Of a DNA stretch of 64,000 nt, positions 28,755 to 40,100 are shown piece after piece (within the stretch, counting starts at the first letter, position 1; every line of letters begins with the position of its first letter). The notes beneath the pieces are model-generated. The model was given only the letters and a program-made list of their open reading frames with translations. It had not been told where the DNA came from and made no database searches. The DNA comes from a virus. The stretch spans positions 32,001-96,000 of the IMG/VR virus record IMGVR_UViG_3300042564_002372. One strand, 5' to 3'. The position numbers were made by a program, and so were the translations under genes.

Positions 28755-31700
28755 TTAAGATGGGCAATTACATTCAGGATCAAAACAGCCAACACCTTGT
28801 GACAAGAATCCACAATCATCACTTATGACTTCAGTAACACATGCTATGAAACACAATCCTTCATCTTGAGGAGGTATATTGTAGGTAATTGTTACACCAT
28901 TTTCATTCTTGAAGACAAATGTACATCCACCAAATGGAGCTGATGTTAATATATGACAATCAGCTGGTATCTGAGTAGTTGTTGTAGTTGTAGTTGTGCT
29001 TGTAGTAGTAGTTGTTGTTGGAGTAATTGGATTTTCAGTAGTTGTTGTAGTTGTTGTAGGTGCCTCAGTAGTGGTGGTTGTGGTTGTAGTTGGGATAGTT
29101 GTTGTTGTAGTTGTAGTCCCACACGTTCCAGCAAACACTTGAGTTATCTCATTTGTATAATTTGTATGTGCACCTGATTGCAAAGAATACAAAGTGCTCA
29201 AATTACCATTTATATAATAGAAGCCATTAGCATAATTTGTAAATGACCAGAATGGTTGAGGATTCGTAGTATCACAATTTACATCTATATCATATACAAA
29301 GAATGTATATCGAGGAGTGGCTGTAGTTGTAGTGGTAGTTGGAGGCGTAGCGGTAGTAGTTGTAGTGGTAGTAGTAGAACATGGAGTACCATTATCACTT
29401 GTGCTACCGCTTTGGAAGAACCAATAATTTGTTCCATCAGAGTAGTATCCATCAGGTATAGGAGTGGTTAAACTACTATCAGTATATAAGAATGTACCAC
29501 TTACAATATTAGGTCCATTAGTAGATGATGCGTAGAATGTTGCTCTATTAAATGCAGCATAATCAGCACAAGCCAATGGTCCAGTACTTAAATTAGGAGT
29601 ACTATTCAACAAGAAACTATAAAATGCTACTGTTGTCGTTGTTGTTGTAGTTGGGGTAGCAGTTGTTGTTGTCGTAGTAGTTGTTGGAGCAGCTGTAGTA
29701 GTTGTAGTTGTTGTAGAGCTTGTTGTACTAGTAGTAGTTGTACTAGTAGTACTAGTTGACGTTGTAGTTGTTGTAGATGTGGAGGTTGTAGTAGTTGTTG
29801 GTCCAACCAAAATACAATCTAAAGATACAATCACTCCAACACCTGCTAGAGAACAGTTTATCTCCCGAACTGTAGCTGTTATGTTACACTGCAAAGGAGC
29901 AACAGTAGTTGATGTTGTAGTTGTTGTTAATCTTGTAGTTGATGTTGTAGTGGTAGTAGTTGGATTAGCAACTAATGTTCCTACTAAGAAATCAAAGTCT
30001 TCACAGCAATTGTTTTGTCCAGAATAGAAGAAGTTATTCTCTGCAATATAGAAGTTTGGAAGATAGCTGTGAAAGCTTATCCAACTATTCGTGTTCATGT
30101 TAAAAGACAATGTCCACGATACATTGCAGAAGTATTCTTCATCACTAAGACTAATGTCTTGTCTGATGGTTAGACCATTGACAATATTGTTGATGTAGAA
30201 ACTTTGTTCAACTGGATCATACAGAATGTTTTTTGACTTTGGTGCATAATCAAGTTTTGTAATAATCACTCTATCGTATACAGCATCATAGACACCATGT
30301 AATCCTATTCCTTTGAAGTGATTATCAATATTCACTTCTGGGAAATTTTTGTAGATTATAAATGGTAGATGCTCAACAAAGAATCTATTCATTCCTGATC
30401 CAAATCCAGACAAGTCAGTCACTTGTGTTCCTTGAATTAAGAACACTTGTGCCCTCTTTGCATCCACTGTAATCTGACCTTGAGGAATCTTCAAAAGCAT
30501 TCTATGCTGACTTCCCACATACCCAAGATCAGTTTCTGCAAAGTCAATTGGAGGAGCACCTCTAAACAATAATGGATTACCTACATAAGCAGCTTGAGGG
30601 TTGCTTGTGTCAATAGTCAATAGATTATTGTACAACAATGTCTTATTCTCAAATCTGGCCAGAATAGCTTTATTCTGTATACCATCTAGGCTTATAAGAT
30701 TTCCATAGTTCTGTGGGAAATCAAAGTAAGAAATAGCTCTGTAGATGAGCCAGTTGTTCACTCTGTTGTCAGCATCGATATTCTGAGCATCAGAATAGAT
30801 TGTTCTGAATGGGTAGTTTGTGAAACAAAGTCTCGCTTCCCAGTCAGGAGGTAGGTGAGTGAATGTGTTCTCTCTATTTTGCTTTGAGAATGTTGTATTG
30901 TAGTAATAGGTATTGTCTTGAGCAATAGGAACAAAGCTCTGTTGCAACCAGTCATCTGGAATGTCTGTACTAACATGTGGCCAGAAGTCTCCCTCTCTAT
31001 TGTTAAACGCTTGTCTTAAATCAAGATTGTAAGAGCTCTCGCAATAGAAGTTTGGAATGCCATAGGCAAACAGATAGAAGTAACCATCGTAATATGTAAT
31101 AGTTGAGCTTGGTGTTACTCCTCCAGATCCACCTTGAGGGAAAGTTGTACTAGTGGTAGTGGTGGTAGATGTAGATATAATCACATCTGTTCCCACCTCA
31201 TTAGGACAGTCGAAGTTGTGTGCTTTGTAAGAAATGATGTTAGCCATCACTCCTTGTCCAGGAATGCTGTAGTTCTCGAGAATTGATCTCGCAGAGTGCC
31301 AGTATCTAGGATATGCAACGTTACCTATCTCATCATAGAAGATGTCGCTATCATCAGGAGCGTTCACTCTGTTATCAATAAAGAATGGAAGCTTTGTTTT
31401 GAATGCGAATCTGCTAATAAATGTGTCACCACCAAACACAGTGGTGGTTGGATTAGGTGAGTTAATTATGTATTGATAACCTGTATCAATTGTTTCGTAT
31501 GAATAGATTTGTCCCCACTGATTGATAATCATGTCTTTCAGTGATGCATAATATGAAACAACCTGTATCGGTTCTTCCTTAGCTGGTGTTCCACAGTTTC
31601 CTATTTCTGAAATAGTGAATCTTGATCTATCTGAAACAATACTTGTTGTTCCAGAAAGCATGTTTGGACTCTGGTTAGGAAATGGTAAAGCTGTAGTGTC

Positions 31701-34448
31701 TTCGTTTGTTTTTACAAAGACAGAGCTTTCTCTGTTCCAGTTATTGATTGGTAAATCATCACCAACAGCTTGTACACCTGGAATTAAATATCTAGATATG
31801 TCGAGTTCTCTTTGTTTGATTCCTTGATTATCAGGAACACCTACGCCATAATTATAGTCAGCTATAGAGTTAAAAGAGTAAGCATAATTCTTTCTAGTGA
31901 TGCCATTGATATAGATAGTTAAATAAGACTGATATGCAGTGAACATAGCTGTTGCACTGAATGGTGTAGTGATACCTCCAAGTCTAGCAGAACTATCAAG
32001 AGCAGCCTTTTGTGCAGCTTCAGAGAGCAATTTATATTTAGCATTGTCTTTCACTTCTACAAAGTGAGCTTTACCAGTACCAAACATTACACTTTCAAGC
32101 TTGAGAATGTCTGCTAGGAATGGTTGACCAAATGATGTCTCTGGGGAGTTGAAGATTTGTCTATATCTATTCTCATCTTTAAAACCATCAAGTAGTGTTG
32201 TGTTACCACAATTTGCGTCAGATCTCACTTTTGATATCAAACGTATTTGAGAAGTTGCACAATCTGCTGTACATATCACTGCTGTATCAGCAACTACCTC
32301 AACAGTAACTTCTGAAGCACCAACACTTCTAACTGTTGGTCCTAAAAATCTATCATCATAAGATGCTGTAAATGTAGCAAGTGCATAATCATCTAATTCA
32401 TAGACATCATAGTCAGCATATCCTACATCGCCTGCACCAATGATAATTGTTGGCTTTCCAACAGAGCAAATCTCGTCATTCTGTATAGAAGTGTAATCCT
32501 TGTAGACAAGTTTGTTATTCTCGCAAGAATAGTATTGAATTCTAGCCAATGGAGCACCAGTAATTAGGTCAATTCCTAGGCTAGTGATGATTACATCAAA
32601 TGGCTTACACTCACTCTGGTAAGCATTGTTTGTTGTTGTAAGGAATGGATCTTCGTTAAGATCGTTGTAAGGATAGTTAGGGAAATAGAACGATTGTTCT
32701 TCTCTTTGATACTCACCAACGTTTCTTAAAATACCTTTAGCAACAATAGACTTATTAACACTTCTATCACCACGAACAATCTTAAATCCTACAATGTCAG
32801 CTTTCTGATCATCTGTAAGATTTGATATTTGAATTAGATTTAATATTTGAGAAGGATCAAGTTTTACACCAATAGGAAATACAGCATCATTCCCCATCAC
32901 CATTGATTGTGGTGTGGAGAACACTTTACTTTCATAAATAGCTGAGATGTTTACATCTGGGAACTTGTGGTGTCTGATTTTTTGTCCTGCAAGGTTTCCC
33001 CACACGTCTGTGTTGCATGGATACTCTTCAACAGATTCCCAATAGGCAAATTCGCCAAATTGATATGGTCCTTTGTAAGCATCATTTGCTGAATATTCTG
33101 AAGAGAATCCTGTGACAGAAGCTGTGTTATAAATCTTCCAATACGGTGCATCATTAGTTAATGGGTCTGGTTCTCCTATAAAATCTGGGTTAGTATCAGG
33201 GATTCTTGGCAAGAGTTGCTCAAAAGATGTAATAGCTCTACCTGGAATGTGAAAACCATCTGTTTGTTTTCCATTCTTCAATAGAAATACAATCTCAAAA
33301 GCATACACTTCATCACGAAGATATCCTCTTAGATTCGTTGCGTTTATTTCGTTTGCGTAGTTCTCTGTTGGAGGAATTCTCCAAGATTCCCATTGCAATG
33401 TAATTTGACTAGCAATTTGTTGATAGTTGATTCTATCAATAGACGTTAACTGATCCCATACAAGAACATCTTGGACAGCAGTTAAGTCTTGAGCAATCTC
33501 ATAGAATGGAAACTTCTCAAAGATGTCAGCAATGTCAAGAACAATTGTTGATTGACCTGTGTATGTAATCTGTCTAATACTGTTGTCAATAAAGTATGTA
33601 CCAACAAGATCAACAGATGTTACACCATTGATTGTTTTGATTACAGCAAGATTGAAATATTCAAATTGTCCAGTTGTATCAAGGTTGTCAATAGTAACAA
33701 CAATAGACTTTCCTACAGGATAGTTGAAGTTAACTGATGTAATAAACTCATCAGCAATAGGTGTAGGATTGGTAACTGAGTAGTAGGATGTGAATGGATT
33801 ACCAGCTGGATCAGAATACTGAATAGCAAACTGATATGTACCAGCAATAAGGTTTCCACCACTAACAACGTCAGTGATTACTATCTCAGGAATGTTAAAG
33901 TTAGGCTGAAGCTTGAGTTGATTACAATCAAGATCATCTGTATAGATTGGGCTACAAAGAGGACTTCCTGATCTAAGAATCTTAGGAATGTCATCAATGT
34001 CCAAGTATCTTCTAGGGTTGTAACCATCTGTCCAATAAATCTCTGTATTACAGTTTGTGATTCTGTGGACAATCTTATGTATAGGATAGTTGATGTTGAA
34101 GTTTAAGCAAGGAGCATTTACCAACACTCTATACACACAATCATTATTATCCATGTAGCCAATCTGGCTATCTCCTGTGGAGGGATTAGTAATGAAGAAT
34201 ATGTGTTTGTTCTTTTCTATAATGAAGTGCTCACCTATAACAACAAATCCTTCAGGTACACGAAGACAAAATTCGTTACCAGATTCGTTCTGATAGTTTA
34301 CAGAATTAGAATCAAAGTTTTCAACAGCAGCGTTTAGAGCATAAGTTAGCCTCCCCTTTTGAATTTGATTCAGTGACTGATCAAGATTCAATCCTGTAGT
34401 GGCATTGTTATACTCCTGTCTGACGTTACCTTCTTCTTGCTCAGCCAT
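28755..34448 (-). CDS. Tail muzzle/stabilisation protein (beta-propeller type) with a Thr-rich C-terminal extension
   Basis: 1897 aa; N-terminal GLNLD...YALNA, IYWTDGYNPRRYLDID, YLRDEVYAFEIVF, IRHHKFPD and WISFHSYLP resemble the crAss-like stabilisation protein; follows the ring gene. Confidence 0.75.
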   Translation of the reverse strand: MAEQEEGNVRQEYNNATTGLNLDQSLNQIQKGRLTYALNAAVENFDSNSVNYQNESGNEFCLRVPEGFVVIGEHFIIEKNKHIFFITNPSTGDSQIGYMDNNDCVYRVLVNAPCLNFNINYPIHKIVHRITNCNTEIYWTDGYNPRRYLDIDDIPKILRSGSPLCSPIYTDDLDCNQLKLQPNFNIPEIVITDVVSGGNLIAGTYQFAIQYSDPAGNPFTSYYSVTNPTPIADEFITSVNFNYPVGKSIVVTIDNLDTTGQFEYFNLAVIKTINGVTSVDLVGTYFIDNSIRQITYTGQSTIVLDIADIFEKFPFYEIAQDLTAVQDVLVWDQLTSIDRINYQQIASQITLQWESWRIPPTENYANEINATNLRGYLRDEVYAFEIVFLLKNGKQTDGFHIPGRAITSFEQLLPRIPDTNPDFIGEPDPLTNDAPYWKIYNTASVTGFSSEYSANDAYKGPYQFGEFAYWESVEEYPCNTDVWGNLAGQKIRHHKFPDVNISAIYESKVFSTPQSMVMGNDAVFPIGVKLDPSQILNLIQISNLTDDQKADIVGFKIVRGDRSVNKSIVAKGILRNVGEYQREEQSFYFPNYPYNDLNEDPFLTTTNNAYQSECKPFDVIITSLGIDLITGAPLARIQYYSCENNKLVYKDYTSIQNDEICSVGKPTIIIGAGDVGYADYDVYELDDYALATFTASYDDRFLGPTVRSVGASEVTVEVVADTAVICTADCATSQIRLISKVRSDANCGNTTLLDGFKDENRYRQIFNSPETSFGQPFLADILKLESVMFGTGKAHFVEVKDNAKYKLLSEAAQKAALDSSARLGGITTPFSATAMFTAYQSYLTIYINGITRKNYAYSFNSIADYNYGVGVPDNQGIKQRELDISRYLIPGVQAVGDDLPINNWNRESSVFVKTNEDTTALPFPNQSPNMLSGTTSIVSDRSRFTISEIGNCGTPAKEEPIQVVSYYASLKDMIINQWGQIYSYETIDTGYQYIINSPNPTTTVFGGDTFISRFAFKTKLPFFIDNRVNAPDDSDIFYDEIGNVAYPRYWHSARSILENYSIPGQGVMANIISYKAHNFDCPNEVGTDVIISTSTTTTTSTTFPQGGSGGVTPSSTITYYDGYFYLFAYGIPNFYCESSYNLDLRQAFNNREGDFWPHVSTDIPDDWLQQSFVPIAQDNTYYYNTTFSKQNRENTFTHLPPDWEARLCFTNYPFRTIYSDAQNIDADNRVNNWLIYRAISYFDFPQNYGNLISLDGIQNKAILARFENKTLLYNNLLTIDTSNPQAAYVGNPLLFRGAPPIDFAETDLGYVGSQHRMLLKIPQGQITVDAKRAQVFLIQGTQVTDLSGFGSGMNRFFVEHLPFIIYKNFPEVNIDNHFKGIGLHGVYDAVYDRVIITKLDYAPKSKNILYDPVEQSFYINNIVNGLTIRQDISLSDEEYFCNVSWTLSFNMNTNSWISFHSYLPNFYIAENNFFYSGQNNCCEDFDFLVGTLVANPTTTTTTSTTRLTTTTTSTTVAPLQCNITATVREINCSLAGVGVIVSLDCILVGPTTTTTSTSTTTTTSTSTTSTTTTSTTSSTTTTTTTAAPTTTTTTTTATPTTTTTTTVAFYSFLLNSTPNLSTGPLACADYAAFNRATFYASSTNGPNIVSGTFLYTDSSLTTPIPDGYYSDGTNYWFFQSGSTSDNGTPCSTTTTTTTTATPPTTTTTTATPRYTFFVYDIDVNCDTTNPQPFWSFTNYANGFYYINGNLSTLYSLQSGAHTNYTNEITQVFAGTCGTTTTTTTIPTTTTTTTTEAPTTTTTTTENPITPTTTTTTSTTTTTTTTQIPADCHILTSAPFGGCTFVFKNENGVTITYNIPPQDEGLCFIACVTEVISDDCGFLSQGVGCFDPECNCPS
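28975..29960 (-). repeat. Poly-Thr (ACN)n mucin-like linkers in the muzzle C-terminus
   Basis: Several (gtt/gta/gtg)n runs encoding TTTTTTSTST... between small domains. Confidence 0.9.
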
Positions 34449-34453
34449 AGGTA

Positions 34454-35431
34454 TTAATTATATCTTCTTCTGTACCCCCAACGATTTGTTCTGTTAGGAA
34501 GCTCATACATAGCAAATTTATTCAATTGTTGTCTTATTCTACGCTGCTTAGCCCAGACATCTTGTTTCTTAATTTCAATGTCTGCCATGATGAATGCCTC
34601 GTCAGAAAGACTCTTGTAATATACAAGCTTTTGTTGAAGCTGATTAAATGTTTCATCATTGGTTTGATTAACCAACATTTCAAACACTTTGTATTTAATA
34701 AAGTGTTCTAGATATTCTCTAATACGATAATTATCAGGAATAAGCTGGTTTCCAAGACTGTCGTAATCTTGAGCATAGAAAACAAGGTGGACAACACCAT
34801 TTCTGAAATTTGTAACGAACTTGTTGTCTCTAATATCGAATGAATCATAAGTAGATGAACCTGGTGTAAAGTTATGAATTGGAACAGATCCTTGACCATA
34901 CATCTCCCAGTTTTCTGTATAGTTAACATCACAATGTCCTCTTGCAGAAATGTTTCCTGGCTTTAGAAGATATTGTCTCTGGTAGGTCATTGCTGTCTCA
35001 TTGTTTGTCTTGTAGACAGTTTGCATGAACTCAGGCATACAAGAACCATCACATCCTACATTTCCACAGCAAGGGCTTTCAGGAGAACAAGCTGTAGTGA
35101 TTGGACTCACCTGTATAGTGGTTTGTGTAGATGCTTGAGAATAGAATGAGTTAGCTGTTTGATATGGGAAACCATTAACAACTGTACACATCCATGCTTC
35201 ACGAACAGCATAAAAGTTATCTGGAAGTCTTGCTTCGAAGTTATCAACAACAAGAGCTGTCTCAGCTATCACGTATGTAGCTCTTCCCAGCTTTCTAAGA
35301 CATTTGTCTAGATAGGTGGGGAATAATAGATCATCTACAGCACCTGTATCAAAGTAGCTTTTCAATTCTTCTTTGACAGTGGAGTAGATTGGATCTGGGC
35401 TTACGAAGTTAAATTTATAGTAATAGCTCAT
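34454..35431 (-). CDS. Tail ring/tubular protein (crAss-like)
   Basis: 325 aa; directly upstream of the muzzle gene; LVFYAQDYDSLGNQLIPDN...LEHFIKYK is ring-like. Confidence 0.55.
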   Translation of the reverse strand: MSYYYKFNFVSPDPIYSTVKEELKSYFDTGAVDDLLFPTYLDKCLRKLGRATYVIAETALVVDNFEARLPDNFYAVREAWMCTVVNGFPYQTANSFYSQASTQTTIQVSPITTACSPESPCCGNVGCDGSCMPEFMQTVYKTNNETAMTYQRQYLLKPGNISARGHCDVNYTENWEMYGQGSVPIHNFTPGSSTYDSFDIRDNKFVTNFRNGVVHLVFYAQDYDSLGNQLIPDNYRIREYLEHFIKYKVFEMLVNQTNDETFNQLQQKLVYYKSLSDEAFIMADIEIKKQDVWAKQRRIRQQLNKFAMYELPNRTNRWGYRRRYN

Positions 35432-35433
35432 CT

Positions 35434-35913
35434 TTAATTACGATTCCATGTTGCATAAATATGTTGATACTTCTCGTCAACTTTCAGATAGTGGTTAATC
35501 AATCTAGAGTTTTGTCTTGTTGGTTTGAATAGCCACAAGTCAGAAAACTTAAATCTACAAGATCTTTTAAACCACTTCCATCCAAAGAAATATCCTTCTG
35601 TATGGTAGTTGAAGTTGTAAATATACTTTCCCTTCTCTCTAGTTTTTTTCCAGTCGATTGGAAGATTTATATACTCTTTACCATTGACCACTGTGGTCTT
35701 CACTCTTTTCTTTTTGTTGATTGCAAAGTCTCCTATTCCACATGGGAGTTTTACCTTCTCCCCTGTTTCAAGCATGTGTTCAACAAACATCTCATTGAAA
35801 CCATAAACAACTCTCTTCCAGTCATCGAAAGAGAGGTTTATTTCAGGTTTCTCACTCTTGAAATTATTGTAGTTTTCTTTTGAGGCACTTCGCCAATCTA
35901 TTGGTACTCTCAT
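35434..35913 (-). CDS. HU/IHF-like protein of the crAss-like tail region
   Basis: 159 aa, basic; GEKVKLPCGIGDFAINKKK and LPIDWKKT; lies between ring genes. Confidence 0.6.
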   Translation of the reverse strand: MRVPIDWRSASKENYNNFKSEKPEINLSFDDWKRVVYGFNEMFVEHMLETGEKVKLPCGIGDFAINKKKRVKTTVVNGKEYINLPIDWKKTREKGKYIYNFNYHTEGYFFGWKWFKRSCRFKFSDLWLFKPTRQNSRLINHYLKVDEKYQHIYATWNRN

Positions 35914-36638
35914 CTAAATTGTGGGGCATTAGGTGATTGACCATCTATTCCATCATCAGTCATGTCAGTCTTCAGATTGAAATAGCTCTGTAGAAGCTTC
36001 TGTGAGGTTAAGTCTAACACTTGCTTCTCCAAGTATCCTGGGAGAGCAAACTCTTTATCTAGAGGGTTCTGACAAAGCTGGTCAGTCGTATAACTTGGAG
36101 TTCCACATCCGCATTCTGGGTACATGATGCTATTAGGTATATCTTCTTCAAAAAGAGCTACAAACCTAACAGCCTGTAATGCTGGATTGCTGACATAAAG
36201 ATAACCATTTGAAATCCAGAAATACTGTTCTTTTTTAATAACAGGAAGTTTTAATAGGTTGAGATAACGATTGACAGTTATCTCTTTTATCTTAGTGCCT
36301 TGTCCAGACATTGCGTTTATTGAATAAACACCTTGAATGACATATTGATAATTTCCTTCAGATATTCTAGGAAGTTGATATTTTGATCTTGCAACAGAGC
36401 AAGGATCTGCATAATCGCAGCATTCTGAGATGGGCACCTCACACATTTCCAAACATGGAATTGTTGTAAAAAGTGTATCTGTTGCCCAAAGTTTTCTAAG
36501 ATTGGTTTCTCTTTTTATCAACAATAATGCATTATTTCTCACCTCAGAGGCAATTGCTCTGTCTGTGATGAGACTATCCGTTGACATGATCTTGTGTGTT
36601 GCTCGCACATCAGATACTAATTTTCTTAATGTTGACAT
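35910..36638 (-). CDS. Putative tail ring/structural protein
   Basis: 242 aa; synteny in the tail module; YFWISNGYLYV, EFALPGYLEKQV. Confidence 0.5.
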   Translation of the reverse strand: MSTLRKLVSDVRATHKIMSTDSLITDRAIASEVRNNALLLIKRETNLRKLWATDTLFTTIPCLEMCEVPISECCDYADPCSVARSKYQLPRISEGNYQYVIQGVYSINAMSGQGTKIKEITVNRYLNLLKLPVIKKEQYFWISNGYLYVSNPALQAVRFVALFEEDIPNSIMYPECGCGTPSYTTDQLCQNPLDKEFALPGYLEKQVLDLTSQKLLQSYFNLKTDMTDDGIDGQSPNAPQFR

Positions 36639-36671
36639 CTTGTGTTACTGATTTTCAGAGTTATATCTACT

Positions 36672-36679
36672 CAAATTTA
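36672..36679 (-). promoter_or_regulatory. Possible Bacteroidota-type -7 promoter element (TAnnTTTG)
   Basis: TAAATTTG on the minus strand, just downstream of a terminator and 33 nt before the ATG at 36638. Confidence 0.4.
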
Positions 36680-36690
36680 ATCATTTTTCC

Positions 36691-36754
36691 AAATAAAAAC
36701 TCCCAGACATTAAATGCCTGGGAGAAACTCTACAAAACCAATAAAGTAGAGTTT
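36691..36754 (-). terminator. Tandem hairpins / intrinsic terminator after the fibre genes
   Basis: AAACTCTAC/GTAGAGTTT (36725-36754) and CTCCCAG/CTGGGAG (36700-36724), followed on the minus strand by TTTTTATTT. Confidence 0.7.
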
Positions 36755-36780
36755 ATTTAATTTAGTTGAAATTGGTTTTA

Positions 36781-37107
36781 TTATTCACCTTCTACAATAG
36801 CTGTAGTTGTGCTAGTGGTAGTTGGTACAGGGGGAATATAATCACCTGTGATGGTTAGGTTCAGCTGTGCTGCAACCCAATCCCATGCGTAGGAGTCCAC
36901 TTCCCACTGAGTGTAAGCTTCGCCTGTCATATTCAAGTTTCCCTGAGCTACTTGTTGGCCTACATAACCCTCTGCTGTTTCAGATAGTAATTGATAATAA
37001 AATGTTGCACTTGTTCCTAGTGTTACATTAATAGCATAAGCATTTAGAATCTTGGCCTCAATCACTTGTCCATTGTCCCAAATTGATACGGGTTCGATTG
37101 TTTTCAT
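36781..37107 (-). CDS. Putative tail-fibre-associated/assembly protein
   Basis: 108 aa immediately downstream of the long fibre gene; short Thr tail. Confidence 0.5.
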   Translation of the reverse strand: MKTIEPVSIWDNGQVIEAKILNAYAINVTLGTSATFYYQLLSETAEGYVGQQVAQGNLNMTGEAYTQWEVDSYAWDWVAAQLNLTITGDYIPPVPTTTSTTTAIVEGE

Positions 37108-37131
37108 TTGTTTGTTTGTTTTAAAGTTATT

Positions 37132-40100
37132 TTATAATGCTGCTGCTCCTATTGTAAATAGTGCTCCATTAATTTCAACAATTATTTGATGTGTCTCACC
37201 TGGCTGAGTTCCTATTACTGCTCTTCCTAATTTCCAAAATCCAGAAACATACCCTGTATCAAGAACTCCTGTTCTAATGGCTCCATTTATCTCTAATTTA
37301 GCTCCTGTACTTGTTGTCGTTCCAATCAGCACGTTGCCACCAGTAGTAATTGATAAATAATTAGTTGGCCAACTTGAAAATGTACTTGGTGAATTATTTG
37401 CTCTATATCCTATTCCAAAAGAATCTGCAACTCCCCAAGCAGCGGTTACCTGACCTATAGCCCAACTATGATTGGACACATTGCTATAAAATAAAACAGA
37501 AGGTCTGTCACCACCTGTTGAACCTGTAGAAAAATCAGATACAATACCATAACTATGATTACCCTCTCCATTTCTAACTTTCAATGCAGGAAAATAAACT
37601 CCACCAGCAGATTTGCTGTTGTTTATATTTACTAAACCTTCATTGTTTGTGGAATCACCAATAACAGATAATCTTGATAATGGGCTAGTAGTTCCAATAC
37701 CAACATTTCCATTCTCAGCAATAGTTAATTTTGCATCTGCTAGTGTTGCACTACCAGCACTACCTTGAGGACCATTTAAAATATGTATCTTACCCTGTGC
37801 ATCATTAGCCGTTAAGTCTGTTCTTTGAAATACAATAGCAGACTTTCTATATGCAGTGTTGGATTCTCTATATCCAAAATGGATACCTGACCACTGACCA
37901 ATCCCCATTTGAGAAACCCCTACAGAAACAAAATCATTAATATTTGATATTGCTTCCAAAGGTTTTTGAGGACTAATTGTTCCTACACCTACATTTCCAT
38001 AAAATACAGAACTTTGATCTCCTCTAAAATCAGCAACATTTATAGGAACAGCATTACCTGTAGTACCTGGATATGCTCTAATTCTTAAAGTATTAGTTAC
38101 GGCAGATCCTGCTGTTACAGTTGCATCTATACCAATCCATCTATTTACAGCTCCTGTTCCACTTTGTAAATCTGCTGCAAATCCGTATTTAATTAAATTT
38201 TCAAAACTCCCATCAACCCCACTAACACTGCAATATTTTGCTATTTCTCCTGCTACTGAAAGTCTTTGAGCAGGATTAGTGGTATTAATTCCAACATTGC
38301 CATCTTGAAAAGCATACAACATTGAGGAGCCTGTAAACTTTATAGTGAATCCGTTTGAATATCCACTTTGTCCTGCTAAAAATATATCTCTTGCTCCTCC
38401 TGCTGAACCAACAGCAACAAGTCCATATCCTGAAGTTCCTGTTGAAGTTATTATAGCAGCATTAGCACTTGATGAAGCTAAAAATTGTGCAGCCGTCACA
38501 CTACTTGAAAAGCTAGCATTTCCTGTATTTGGTACAATACGTAAAACGGTATTATTATTAGCTACATCATAAATACTAAAGTCACTATTATTAGCAGCAT
38601 TTAGACCACCTACTAAATCCCAACTATTACCACTTGTGCTATTTTGTAGTCTTAATCTTACGTTTGATTGGTCGTTATCATTAACAATAAGTGAAGGTGT
38701 TGCAACTCCACTAACTCCAAATAAAGCTTTTTTTGCCTGAACACTATTGCTAAAGGTTGCTGCGCCTGATGTATTAATTGTTAATAAATCAGAATATGAT
38801 ATTGTATTTCCTGCTGTTCCTGCGGCATATCTTATCCTAAATAAATTTGCATTCCCAAAATCTGCCATCCAAGATGTATCAGTTACTTTAAACTGATAGG
38901 TATTGCCTGTTGAAGTATATTGAATGTTGTATCCTAATGCTGGATATCCACCTCCTGATAGACCTAAATCTACAGTACCAATCGTATTTGTAACTGCTGA
39001 AATATTCCCAGCAGATATGTTTCCGTTAACCTGCAACCTTTGCCCAGCGTCTGTAGTTGTGTTTACAAGTAGGTTTCCAGCTGAACTCATCACCATTCTA
39101 GCAGTAGATGCTGTTATATCATAAAGATAAAATGAGCCTGAAAAACTACCATTTGCAGACCCAGCTACAGATAATTCATAAGCTCTGCTACTTGTGTTAA
39201 CTATTGCTAAAACTGTTTGTGATGTATTACTACTTGATAATCTTAATCCTGGACTTGTCCCATTTTGAAAAGCACTTCCAAAAATTTCAACTAAGGCAGT
39301 TGTATTGCTTGCAGTACCAATACCAACATTTGTTCCATTATCAAATATGTTACTATTACCAATAGAACTTGTGCCTGTAAACTTAGATAAATAGTTAGTT
39401 GTACCAGTTCCTGTAACTGTTCCGCCTCCATCTATTACCTCGATAACATTACCTGAAGAATCAACAGCTAAATTACGAGTTGCAGTTCCTGTAAATGTGC
39501 CTGCTCCATAAGCGTTAAGCCTTAACCCTCCTGAACCATTTATTCTTAATCTTGTGCTACTATCAAGAGCTGACCATGAATTTGCTATTTTAAAACTATC
39601 TCCATCAGAATTATCGATGCCTGCACTCCACCCAATAACACCGTTAATATCCCAAGAAAGAATTGGATCACCCCCTCCTGCCCCTGATGTTCTTAATGCT
39701 AAAAATGTATTTGCAGTTGTAATTGAACTATTAGTATTATGAATATAAATACCAGGAACATCACTTGAAGCAGGAGATGTATAAGTTGAACCTGAACCTT
39801 CAATATGTAATTTAGCTAATGGAGTAATTGTACCAAGTCCTATGTTTGTTCCATTGTCAAATAGTAAACTATTCCCAATTGTTGTAGAGCTTGTAAATTT
39901 AGTTATTGTGTTAGTTGTTCCAGAAACTGCTACAGAGGTTCCAGAACTTCCTGATGTACCTCCACTGCCATTTGTTCCACTAGTACCACTAGTACCTCCA
40001 GTGCCTGATGTTCCGCTAGTACCTGTGGTACCAGATGAACCACTGGTGCCAGCTGTACCGCTAGTACCAGAAGTGCCACTCGTACCTGTTGTTCCAGATG

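Noticed and set aside
28946-30027. Cys-, Val- and Gln-rich ORFs over the muzzle C-terminus
   Set aside because: Alternative readings of the poly-Thr codon runs.
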